A stretch of DNA of 64,000 nucleotides from an uncultured Planctomycetia bacterium (lineage in GTDB: Bacteria; Omnitrophota; Gorgyraeia; Velamenicoccales; Velamenicoccaceae): NCBI GenBank assembly GCA_964423185.1, contig CAYRDK010000005.1:115930-179929 (forward strand), written 5' to 3'. This document shows, piece by piece, positions 46,384 to 55,630 of this stretch; positions within the stretch are counted from its first letter, which is position 1, and every line of letters starts with the position of its first letter. Under the pieces are notes generated by a model. The model was not told the origin of the DNA. It searched no databases and was given only the letters and a program-made list of their open reading frames with translations. The position numbers were made by a program, and so were the translations under genes.

Positions 46384-47412
46384 TCAAAACATCAACCTTA
46401 AACTTTCCGCTAAATCCTTACAAACTTCAGCAGACTCACAAACAGCCGCTTCAGAAGACGACGATATATCGCCATCCGTTGTAATCAATACACCATTTTT
46501 CAATAAAAATTGATGAGGTTTTATTTTTTGAAATAAACGGTTTCTTAAATCAAAGCCTTGCAACCCTTCTTGTTCAACAGGAACGCAGCCCAAAATAGGA
46601 ACACCGCCTCTTTTTAAAAAAGACGCCAAAGCCTTCTCAAATTCCGCAAGTACTTCAAAATTGCCACAAACATCAAAATGCAATAAATCAATAGAAAGGC
46701 GCTGTGTAAAAACACAATCTTTCACATTAGAAATCCGTAAAGCGCATAGAGCCTCATTGTCATGAATAACCTCAATTAAACTATTCAGCCTCTCAATGAT
46801 CTCCTCTAAAGGCAACTCCATTGCGCTTAAACAGATAGAAGATTCATCAATCACGACAATCATCTTTGTCTTTACGTTCGCTCTAAACTGCCTTATTAAC
46901 CAAGCTGTTTTTAAAGACAATACCAGAGGAACCAGCTCACCAAGCTCTTCATGAAAAATAAGCGGCTTGCCATTTTCATCACAAAGGCCTACCCCAGCGC
47001 TTAATGGGCCTAAAACCTGAAACTTTACCCAACCTTGCCAATTCATACCCATCAACCTTTGCGACAACAAATACAGCGATGGAGAATTCTGCTGGCTAAA
47101 AGCAAAATAGCCCGCATCTAATGCCATACATCTTGTAACACACTCCTCTAACGCAGCTTCAAAACCAGGGCATCTTGTATCTATCCAGGCCTTTTTCTGA
47201 AATTCATCTACTTTAAAACCGGGAAGATTATCACAAAACCGGACAACATCTTTTTCAAAAAAACTACGGTTTGGCAGAGAAAACCAAAAAGGAATTTGAT
47301 ACTCATAATGATCAAATACAAAACTTAACGCCCTCTGCGCATCCTGGAAAGGCAAAATACCACTGCCTGTAGCTAAATAGTTATCTTTAATGCTTCCTAT
47401 AAACCCGGGCAT
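46384..47412 (-). CDS. Hypothetical protein
   Basis: It is a long ORF with coding-like composition. I recognise no motif. Confidence 0.4.
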   Translation of the reverse strand: MPGFIGSIKDNYLATGSGILPFQDAQRALSFVFDHYEYQIPFWFSLPNRSFFEKDVVRFCDNLPGFKVDEFQKKAWIDTRCPGFEAALEECVTRCMALDAGYFAFSQQNSPSLYLLSQRLMGMNWQGWVKFQVLGPLSAGVGLCDENGKPLIFHEELGELVPLVLSLKTAWLIRQFRANVKTKMIVVIDESSICLSAMELPLEEIIERLNSLIEVIHDNEALCALRISNVKDCVFTQRLSIDLLHFDVCGNFEVLAEFEKALASFLKRGGVPILGCVPVEQEGLQGFDLRNRLFQKIKPHQFLLKNGVLITTDGDISSSSEAAVCESAEVCKDLAESLRLMF

Positions 47413-47495
47413 AATTTTAAGTTTTCAAAATCCATTACGGAAAACCCTCACGCGTAAAACCGAAACAGGCTGACTCAAAGTAAAAACCAAAAAAA

Positions 47496-48500
47496 TCAAT
47501 GAAACGGCTTCACAGAATCTCTGATAATTAATTCCGTTGGGAGAATAATACGTTTAATTTGACGGCTTTGATCCTGCATCTGCAAATAAAGCTCCTTTAC
47601 GGCCGCCTGAGTCATCTCGCGAAGCGGCTGCCTGACAGTTGTCAAAGCAATCGGGCCAAAAAGACAAACAGGATCATCATCAAAACCTATCACAGAGATA
47701 TCGTCAGGAACCTTTAAGCCTTTTTCCATAAAAACGGACACAACTTCTTGGGCCATATCATCGGATGAAGCAAAAACAGCAGATGGCCTCTCGCGCATGT
47801 TTAGAATACTCTCAGCGGCAAATCGTGCTGATTTTCTGGAATAATCACATCTTAAAATATAATTTTCACGCAGTGGTAAACCCGCCTTTTCTAGCGCGCG
47901 TTTATACCCTGCAAGCCGCTGCTGCGCTGCCTGAGTTATCAAATCTCCGGTAAGAAAAACAATATCCTTATGTTTATTATTAATCAAATATTCCACCGCG
48001 CTCTGTGCCCCTTTGGCATTATCAATGCTAACACTCGTTACCTCTAAATCAAGCGCGGCGTAGTTCATGAGGACAACAGGAACCCCCATCCCCATCAAAG
48101 CCTCTACATGCGCCGTGTTATTAATCAAATCCGCAAAAACAACCCCTCCTACCGCGGCGGAATTAATACAACTAACCCCATCTGTCAAATGAAGCAAAAG
48201 GTCAGTTTTAAGCGCGTCACAGGCGATACCTATGCTACGAAATATCTCCATGGCATAAAAAGAATAAAATAAACCTTCGTAACGCGGTATTTCCAGGCCA
48301 ATGGTATGGTTAGAACCACTCGCCAATCTCTGCGCCGATAAGTTTGGCTTAAACTTAAGCCTTTTTACCGCTCCTTCCACTTTTTTACGGTTCTCTTCCT
48401 TTACGGTAGGAAACTTATTGATAACGCGCGAGACCGTCGTTATAGAAACACCGGCCAATTTCGCCACATCTTCTATGTTAATATTTTTTTTCTGCGCCAT
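47496..48500 (-). CDS. LacI-family transcriptional regulator
   Basis: The HTH motif NIEDVAKLAGVSITTVSRVIN is followed by a periplasmic-binding-fold core. Confidence 0.9.
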   Translation of the reverse strand: MAQKKNINIEDVAKLAGVSITTVSRVINKFPTVKEENRKKVEGAVKRLKFKPNLSAQRLASGSNHTIGLEIPRYEGLFYSFYAMEIFRSIGIACDALKTDLLLHLTDGVSCINSAAVGGVVFADLINNTAHVEALMGMGVPVVLMNYAALDLEVTSVSIDNAKGAQSAVEYLINNKHKDIVFLTGDLITQAAQQRLAGYKRALEKAGLPLRENYILRCDYSRKSARFAAESILNMRERPSAVFASSDDMAQEVVSVFMEKGLKVPDDISVIGFDDDPVCLFGPIALTTVRQPLREMTQAAVKELYLQMQDQSRQIKRIILPTELIIRDSVKPFH

Positions 48501-48617
48501 ATTATACCCAACTGAATGGTAAAAGCCCGCGGGTCTTCTCCGCAGGCTTCTTTTTATACCACTATAACCACCTAAAATTTACAAGACAAATCTTTTACCG
48601 CCTTCTTACAAAAAATC

Positions 48618-49847
48618 CTAACTAACAACATCACCGATTTTAATTTGAGCCCCTGATCCTATATGTTTAATATCCGCAGCGGAAATCTCTTTCCTGCTCT
48701 GAATAACTTCTACTGTCGCGATCTTCTGAGAATTTCTAAAAACTGAAAATGTCTGGCCAACCTTAACACCATCATCCTGCCCGAGGTCAATAATGACAAA
48801 GTTATTTTCATCGTTAACAGCTAAAACCTGCCCTGCTGTTGGCAAAGCCTTTCCGGACTGCGAATCCTCCTGAGCGGCTTTAACAACAATGGGTTGCAAC
48901 TGGACAACACGGCTATCTTTTACATCAGCCGTATCAGCCTGAACACGCGCAGCTTTCAAGTCATCTTTAACCTGGATAATCTGATCAACACGATCCTGCA
49001 AAATATTATCCAACTCGGAAAGCCGCTTGGCTAAAATTTCCCTTTCCTGCTGTAAATCAACGACTTTTGTTTCTAATACGGACTTCTTATCCCCTAAAGC
49101 AACCAATCTATTTTTTAATTGAAAATTTTCCTGCCGTAAATTTTCTAACTGCAGGACAATGGCCTTTTTATCGCGTTTTTCTCTAACCAAATCTTCAGAC
49201 AATGCCTCAGCGAGTTTTTCATTATATTCAAGGCGCCTCTCAATATCACCTTTGGCCTCACTCACTGTTTTCATCTGCATGTCCAGCTTACGGCCTTCTT
49301 CCATGGCCTGCTCAGCTTTCAACCTGTAATCTTCAACCTGTTGAGTCAGAGTTTTGACCTGAAACTCTAACGATGTTTTTTCACGCAACACATTAGCCCA
49401 ATAGGCATCATCACCTGAAACGGCAGAAGCCGTATAAGACTGTGTAACCTGTGAAGCCTGGCTTGAGCCTGTTCTTGTTTTTTTAAGCTCTTCTATTGAA
49501 TCTTCCAGGTCTTTCTTCTGCTTGGCTAATTCCTGCAGTCTTTCAACAAGTGTCCCGCGTTCTTTTGTAACAAAATCAAATTTGTCTTTAAGTTTATCTC
49601 TTTCCTGAGACACAGAATCAAATTTAGACCGTAAATCTCCCAACTCAACATCAAGCTTCTTTTTGGCTTCTAAAACAGAACTCAACTGCTGATTTAAATT
49701 TTGTTTTTCTTGCTGAAACTCTTGTTCTTTAAAAGCAAACTGGCTGCGAAGGGATTTATTAACAGTATTTAATTGGAAGGCGATAACCAAAGAGATAGCG
49801 CACAATACAGCTAACCCGACGAGCAAAATTTTTATTTTATTATTCAT
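48618..49847 (-). CDS. Membrane-anchored long coiled-coil protein with a small C-terminal beta-domain
   Basis: An N-terminal TM segment is followed by about 280 aa of E/K/Q/L heptad-rich sequence. The C-terminus reads FVIIDLGQDDGVKVGQTFSVF. Confidence 0.5.
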   Translation of the reverse strand: MNNKIKILLVGLAVLCAISLVIAFQLNTVNKSLRSQFAFKEQEFQQEKQNLNQQLSSVLEAKKKLDVELGDLRSKFDSVSQERDKLKDKFDFVTKERGTLVERLQELAKQKKDLEDSIEELKKTRTGSSQASQVTQSYTASAVSGDDAYWANVLREKTSLEFQVKTLTQQVEDYRLKAEQAMEEGRKLDMQMKTVSEAKGDIERRLEYNEKLAEALSEDLVREKRDKKAIVLQLENLRQENFQLKNRLVALGDKKSVLETKVVDLQQEREILAKRLSELDNILQDRVDQIIQVKDDLKAARVQADTADVKDSRVVQLQPIVVKAAQEDSQSGKALPTAGQVLAVNDENNFVIIDLGQDDGVKVGQTFSVFRNSQKIATVEVIQSRKEISAADIKHIGSGAQIKIGDVVS

Positions 49848-50096
49848 CAGTTCTCCTTGCTTGCATTTAGATATATCATATTATACACCCAAGCGCAAGA
49901 AAAATTTATTGATTAACAATCATTACTTAACTAAATACTCAACAGAAGATTATGTGCGGCTTACAGATAAGAATTATTCATCTAAAAACCAGTCATCTTT
50001 TTTTATCATCACACGAAATCTCAGGCGAAAATAGACAAATATGCTTCAGAAAAAGGCACAGCTTTGAACTATGATATGATAAATGATATATAAAAG

Positions 50097-51290
50097 CTAC
50101 TCATTATTTAATACAAAACTCTGCCGTATGATAAGGCTGGCCGCGCCAAGCGCCACGGCATCATCACCAAGCCTTGAAGCAACAATCTTAACCGCCTGGG
50201 AGGATTCCTGAAAACACCACTCGCTCACAACTTCTTTAATTTCTTCAATTAAACTCATGCCCGCGTGTTCAATGCCTCCGCCTATAATCACCATCTGAGG
50301 ATTCAAAAGATTAACAAGATAAGCTGTACGAACACCAAGACGGCGGCCAGCTTCCCGGATAACATCAACAGCGGGCTGTTGGCCTGATTTAGCAAGCTCA
50401 AAAATAGCCCCGAGGGTATATTCCTGAGTTTTTTCAATATTCACGCCGGCCTGTTCTTTAACAGCTTTAAGAAAATTTTCTCGAATGTCTAAATCCATCT
50501 CCCATCTGTCTAAAAAATAAGGAGCCTCTTTCTTGTCGCTATGGATCGCTACCTCACCGGCGCAACCGCTGGCACCCCGGTAAATCTCATTGTTAAGCAT
50601 GAGCCCGCATCCAACACCAGCAAACATATAAACAAGATCCTTAACATCTGATTCAAGGGTCAACCACTGCTCTCCAAAACAGGCGAGCGTGGCATCATTA
50701 TCAAGCATAACAGGCAGATTAAACTCTCTTTCAATAATATCCTTTAAAGGAACAGTAACATCCACATAATGATAAGTTTCACCGACGCGCTGAGGCCAGC
50801 GCACCTTCTCGCGGTAAACATCAACGATCCCGCCGATCCCAATACCAACACCCTTTATTTTTGACCGTAGAGATTCCGCCTGCCCGCAAAGCTCTCTAAC
50901 AATAGATAAAATAGAATCAACAACGCCTCTAACGCCAACGCCCTGTTTATCTTTACTAATTTTAAACAAAACATTACCGCTCAAATCCATCACAACGCCT
51001 GTTGTGTTAAAAAGGTTTACACCTATGCCAATGGCATAACCGGCTTTTTTGTTAAGATCTAAAAGCAGAGGCCTTCTTCCACCCCTGGACACATCAAACT
51101 CTTTTTCAAAAACAACTTTCTGCCTCAAAAACTCTTCTATATAATTTGAGACGGTTACAACGTTTAAGCCAATCAATCCGGAGATATCCGTCTTGCTGAT
51201 AGGCCCGCGCCGCCTGATTGTATCTAAAATAAACAGGCTTTTTCTGGCACGGTCTGAAAGGTTTTCGCCTTTAAAACTAAACTCTTTCAC
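50097..51290 (-). CDS. ROK-family transcriptional regulator (NagC/XylR-like)
   Basis: An N-terminal wHTH (ISKTDISGLIGLNVVTVSNYI) is followed by a ROK sugar-kinase fold with GIGIGG and DNDA. Confidence 0.85.
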   Translation of the reverse strand: MKEFSFKGENLSDRARKSLFILDTIRRRGPISKTDISGLIGLNVVTVSNYIEEFLRQKVVFEKEFDVSRGGRRPLLLDLNKKAGYAIGIGVNLFNTTGVVMDLSGNVLFKISKDKQGVGVRGVVDSILSIVRELCGQAESLRSKIKGVGIGIGGIVDVYREKVRWPQRVGETYHYVDVTVPLKDIIEREFNLPVMLDNDATLACFGEQWLTLESDVKDLVYMFAGVGCGLMLNNEIYRGASGCAGEVAIHSDKKEAPYFLDRWEMDLDIRENFLKAVKEQAGVNIEKTQEYTLGAIFELAKSGQQPAVDVIREAGRRLGVRTAYLVNLLNPQMVIIGGGIEHAGMSLIEEIKEVVSEWCFQESSQAVKIVASRLGDDAVALGAASLIIRQSFVLNNE

Positions 51291-51393
51291 TTCAACCTCT
51301 TATAATTGTTTTAATAAAGATCAACTTTGTATCGTTTGTTATTATACGCTACACAGGAACGTATCCGCCATACAATTTTTTAAAAAATATTTA

Positions 51394-53058
51394 TTATTTT
51401 AGGCCTTCTAAGGAATTCTTTTTAATGACAATCTTAATCATCTCAAAACCAACGCCTTCCACGCCTTGCGGGCCTACAACCGCAACCTGGACAAGTTTAA
51501 TAGCGGGCGTGTCATATTCTGTTTTTAAATCAAAGGTATTGGGCACATTGGCGAGGCGGCCCATCTCGCCGGACCACTCATAAGAATAAGCCGGCACCAT
51601 ACATCCCGTTTCCGGCTTAGATGTTGTCACAACAATCCTCACAGGCACGTTCGCGTCCTCATTCGGAGGCTGCGCTGTCACATCAACACTCAAAAATCCG
51701 CTACTTTCAATTTGCCCTATCACAAATATGCCGCTTAAAAAAACCTTTAAGGAATATTTGATATCCTTGTTTTCTAAAATCTCTTTTAAGCGGCCTTCGG
51801 CCAGGCAAACAAGTTCATTTTCTTCAGAAGACGAAACAACAACAGGGGCGGCCGCGATAAGCTTGTCGTAAAAAACCTTGGCTTTTTCTTTCTCGCCTTG
51901 CCACTGATTCAAAAGGCCAAGCTGATATAAAGCAGATAAGGATTGCGCGTCTTGCGGATACTCTTGCGTCAATTTCAAAAAGTATCCACACGCCAAAGCG
52001 ATATCTTTTTTCGCGTAGGCAGCCAATACACCAAGGCGGTAATAGATTTCTTGCTTATTGCCATAATCAGGATAATTATCCAAAAGGTTTTGGTATGCCT
52101 CAAATGCCTGATGATATTCTTTAATGCGTTCTAAATTAAAAGCCCGGCGGTATTGAGACGCGCTCGAAAACGCGCTAACACCCGCTAACACAAACGCTTT
52201 GGCATATAAATTTTCGGCATAAAGAGGGTCCATGGCTTCGCCTGAATCCTGAACCGCGAATTTATCCGCTGTCGCGACTATCTCGGCGGACACAAGAGGA
52301 TCCTCTTTGAGTTCATTAAAATAAAGGCTTAACAGCGCCTTCGCCAAATATGCTTTGTCCGCGGAAGAAAAACCATCCGCCATGCTCTTTAACTCTTGTG
52401 CCCCTAAATGAAGCTGTGATATCTTCTCCAAAAAAACATCATAGAGCCTGCGGGCAGGATTTTTATCTTCTGAAAAAGAGAGCTCATCCCCTATAGACTT
52501 AACCATCTCGATATCGCCAAGGCTTGAAGCCTTTTCTTTTGCCGTATTGATCAGATCGTTGAGAAGGCCGCCAGCAGCATCAGAATCATCTTCTGAAACA
52601 ACCTGCCACTTTAAATACTTAATACTCAAAAGCAAGCCCACATCATCACCTGTCAGGCCCTGCGCCTGATTTAAAGAGTTAAGAATATCTTTTTTGTAAA
52701 GAGAGGCCTTATCATAGATCCCCTCCCAATTTTTTATCTCCTTCCAATAAGCAATCTCTCGCTGTCTTGCCAGAGCCATAAAATAATAAATCTTGGCTTT
52801 ATCGCCTTGTGGCTCCAGGAGGAGTTTTTCATAATGCGCGTAAAGCCCGTCATAATCATGTTTTTGCACATATGCTTCGAAGGTATCGTCTAAAACAGGG
52901 CCTATTTTTTTGATAGAAGCGCCCTTTTGCGCGTCAACAGTATTGACGGATTTTAAATCAGCGGGCTTATCGCCTGGATCATCTGATCCTTGCGCGAAAC
53001 AAAAACCGGCCAAAAACATAAATAATAATACCAACGCAAAAGTTATTCGCTTTTTCAT
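51394..53058 (-). CDS. Secreted TPR-repeat protein with a C-terminal beta-domain
   Basis: It has a signal peptide and several TPR-like A..Y.....Y..A repeats. Confidence 0.65.
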   Translation of the reverse strand: MKKRITFALVLLFMFLAGFCFAQGSDDPGDKPADLKSVNTVDAQKGASIKKIGPVLDDTFEAYVQKHDYDGLYAHYEKLLLEPQGDKAKIYYFMALARQREIAYWKEIKNWEGIYDKASLYKKDILNSLNQAQGLTGDDVGLLLSIKYLKWQVVSEDDSDAAGGLLNDLINTAKEKASSLGDIEMVKSIGDELSFSEDKNPARRLYDVFLEKISQLHLGAQELKSMADGFSSADKAYLAKALLSLYFNELKEDPLVSAEIVATADKFAVQDSGEAMDPLYAENLYAKAFVLAGVSAFSSASQYRRAFNLERIKEYHQAFEAYQNLLDNYPDYGNKQEIYYRLGVLAAYAKKDIALACGYFLKLTQEYPQDAQSLSALYQLGLLNQWQGEKEKAKVFYDKLIAAAPVVVSSSEENELVCLAEGRLKEILENKDIKYSLKVFLSGIFVIGQIESSGFLSVDVTAQPPNEDANVPVRIVVTTSKPETGCMVPAYSYEWSGEMGRLANVPNTFDLKTEYDTPAIKLVQVAVVGPQGVEGVGFEMIKIVIKKNSLEGLK

Positions 53059-53124
53059 CTTCTCGCCCGTCTTGGTTATTTCATTCCCTTAGTTTAACTA
53101 CTACCACCACAGTTTCTCACCCAT

Positions 53125-54312
53125 TTAAACATTGCCATATCTTAAATCTTTGCCATCATGAGGCGACTGCCAAAATTTTCTAATCGCGTAATAACTTCTA
53201 CGCGGGATGCGTTCATCCAAGCCATCTGCACTCGGTTTAACCCCCACAATACCAAACCACTCCTCGTTCATATTCATATTGCGCTCAGCCTTGATGTCTA
53301 GATAATAAGAACCATTGGACCAGTTAGATTCTGTGTCATGAACCGCCCAACCGCTGGAATCATAATCATTATGCTTCCACCACTCATCGCTCCATTCAAA
53401 CATAACACCGCCCAAACAATTCCCTTCGCCTGAAGAATTCCCAGCGAGATTCTGATAAATCTCAGCCCATTGCGATTCCAAAAAGAAAGCCTGCATATCT
53501 TCATCTTCGCACTTTTGCTGCGCGTTATAAACGTCCGAACCAAATTCGATAAAAACAATAGGCTTATCATATATCTTCTTTAAAGAACTAAAACTATTAC
53601 CGAATGTTTTACCTCTATAGATAACACAACCGACAATATCAATATCGCCAGCCACTTCATGGGCGATATCAAGATATGCCAGCTCACCATTGCCCATCAC
53701 AACAGGATGATCAGGGTCAATCTTATGAATTTCACAAGCCAGCTCATTAACAAGGGAGTAATAGACCCTGGCCTTCTCAGCCAGGCGTTCCCGCGGGTCT
53801 TTAATAGCGTCCAGGCGTTCGCTTGACCAGGAGTTAATCTTGCCACTAAAAGAAAAGTTATTCTCATTTCCTAAGACCCAAAACAGGATACCTTCCTCAT
53901 CTTTTAAGGCCTCTACCATAGCCAAAACTTCTCGCTTTACGGATTTACGGAATTCTTCATCATCATAAAAAGGCGCGGGGTAATTCCAAAAATTAAGCCA
54001 ATGGCCCATCATGGTATGAACGCCGTAATTATGATAAAGATCCTGCACAACCTTTTTTACTTCTTCTAAATTCTGGCCGGCCTGATAAAAACGAACGGTA
54101 TTTACACCCATCTTTTTCATCATTTCGCCGTCTTTCTTCCATGGCTCTTGAGAATCAGCCCAAAAATTATAATCGTGTGTCTGGCCTATAGGAATAGGGT
54201 TATAACAAACACCTTTAACGATAAACGGCCTGCCAGCAACTATCAATTGATAGTGCCCGTTCTTTAGCATTTTAACATAAACTTTCTTATGGTTGGCTGG
54301 TGCCATTCCCAT
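53125..54312 (-). CDS. Clan GH-A (TIM-barrel) glycoside hydrolase with an ambiguous start codon
   Basis: RPFIVKGVCY, GVNTVRFYQ, the acid/base LGNENN, IYRG and the nucleophile region FIEFGSD, then GGVMFEWSDEWW, are present. In-frame ATGs occur at 54312, 54306 and 54429; see the heptamer finding. Confidence 0.75.
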   Translation of the reverse strand: MGMAPANHKKVYVKMLKNGHYQLIVAGRPFIVKGVCYNPIPIGQTHDYNFWADSQEPWKKDGEMMKKMGVNTVRFYQAGQNLEEVKKVVQDLYHNYGVHTMMGHWLNFWNYPAPFYDDEEFRKSVKREVLAMVEALKDEEGILFWVLGNENNFSFSGKINSWSSERLDAIKDPRERLAEKARVYYSLVNELACEIHKIDPDHPVVMGNGELAYLDIAHEVAGDIDIVGCVIYRGKTFGNSFSSLKKIYDKPIVFIEFGSDVYNAQQKCEDEDMQAFFLESQWAEIYQNLAGNSSGEGNCLGGVMFEWSDEWWKHNDYDSSGWAVHDTESNWSNGSYYLDIKAERNMNMNEEWFGIVGVKPSADGLDERIPRRSYYAIRKFWQSPHDGKDLRYGNV

Positions 54313-54317
54313 AAAAA

Positions 54318-54398
<81 letters not shown>

Positions 54399-54409
54399 TA
54401 TCCGATGTT

Positions 54410-55549
54410 CTATTCGTATTTAATCTCATCCAGATAAAATGTAGCCCCATCAGGATTAACATCCAGATTTGTTGCCCAGGCAAAACCACCGATAATATAA
54501 GACATATCTTTGCCCTGGAGATCAATCGTATACTGTTTCCAGCTTTTGTCTAAAATCACAGGGCCAATACCGCCCGTGTCAGAATCTGAAAATTCACCCA
54601 TGATGCCGCCAACTTTAAACTCTTCTATCCTCTCGCCGCCTTTTTCACCCCTGGCCCAAAATGTAACCTTCGTCGCCTTGGATAAATCAAAACCGGCATC
54701 GACTCCACCCCAATTATTCGGCGGATGCTGCCAATAAACACCTGCCCAGCGGGCGCCATTAGAAGCTTTATTCCCATACACAATCTTCGTGCATGTTTTG
54801 CCAAAATAAGGATCCTCCAAACAACCAACATCTAACTTAATATCACTATAATCACCCATCCAGCCAGAAGGAATAAAATGGTTAGAAATAGAGCCTTTAT
54901 CAGCATAAACATAAAACGGCACATCTTGAGACGCTTTCTTAGACTCTTTTAATTCCGGGTCATATTCAAAACGAATATCGTCCATATAAAATGTTAAACC
55001 ATTAGGATTCGAATCCGCGTTAACAACCCAGCTTAAGGCACCGTTGATATAAGAAAGGTCTTTCCCAACAAGATTAACCGTATACTGCTGCCATGTATTC
55101 GTTAACTCGATTGGCCCGATAGACATTTCGGCCGTATCCGGATAAGTCCCTTTAATACCGCCAATGGCAAACTTATCAATGACCTCTCCGCCCTTATCGC
55201 CTTTTGCCCAAAATGTAAGCTTGTTTAAACCTGTTAAATCAAAACCGCCCTTTTTTGAACCCCAGTTATTTGCAGGATTCTGCCAATAAATACCGGCCCA
55301 ACCTTGATTCTGGCTTTTTTTGGCCGTATAAACAAATTTAATACACGTGGAACCGCCATGCGCGTCCCCCATATATTTATCGTCCATGGATAAGTCGCCA
55401 AAATCCCCCATCCAACCGGAAGGGATATAATGATTATCCGGCGATTTACTATCCGTGTAAACGGGGAAGCTTTTAACATCCTTCGCATACACAGAATAGC
55501 AAGTCGTAAGGCCTATCAACAATACTGCCAACCCCAACAACTTCTTCAT
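54410..55549 (-). CDS. Secreted protein with two tandem jelly-roll (CBM-like) domains of about 170 aa
   Basis: An internal duplication is visible: …HYIPSGWMGDFGD…GWAGIYWQNPANNWG…LTFWAKGDKGGE…TFYMDDIRFE repeats as …HFIPSGWMGDYSD…RWAGVYWQHPPNNWG…VTFWARGEKGGE…TFYLDEIKYE. I set the start at MKKLLG because GGAGG lies 7 nt upstream. Confidence 0.6.
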   Translation of the reverse strand: MKKLLGLAVLLIGLTTCYSVYAKDVKSFPVYTDSKSPDNHYIPSGWMGDFGDLSMDDKYMGDAHGGSTCIKFVYTAKKSQNQGWAGIYWQNPANNWGSKKGGFDLTGLNKLTFWAKGDKGGEVIDKFAIGGIKGTYPDTAEMSIGPIELTNTWQQYTVNLVGKDLSYINGALSWVVNADSNPNGLTFYMDDIRFEYDPELKESKKASQDVPFYVYADKGSISNHFIPSGWMGDYSDIKLDVGCLEDPYFGKTCTKIVYGNKASNGARWAGVYWQHPPNNWGGVDAGFDLSKATKVTFWARGEKGGERIEEFKVGGIMGEFSDSDTGGIGPVILDKSWKQYTIDLQGKDMSYIIGGFAWATNLDVNPDGATFYLDEIKYE

Positions 55550-55630
55550 TCTACACCTCCATTTAAGCTGTCCCACGCAGAAAAATAACAAACTACGCCC
55601 ATGTAATTGTTATCGTGCGACATTGCCATT

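Noticed and set aside
48481-48500. TATAAT directly abutting the ATG of the LacI gene and of mnmA (26433-26445), considered as leaderless promoters
   Set aside because: The -10 to ATG distance of 0-3 nt is too short for initiation at the start codon. This is probably just AT-rich context.
54430-54525. N-terminal extension (MISRAKICLI…) of the glycosidase ORF
   Set aside because: It lies entirely inside the 3' end of the CBM-like gene in another frame. It has no SD and no homology-like features.
55007-55020. GGATTCGAATCC, resembling a tRNA T-arm
   Set aside because: It is inside the CBM-like CDS, and no acceptor, D or anticodon arms can be drawn around it.
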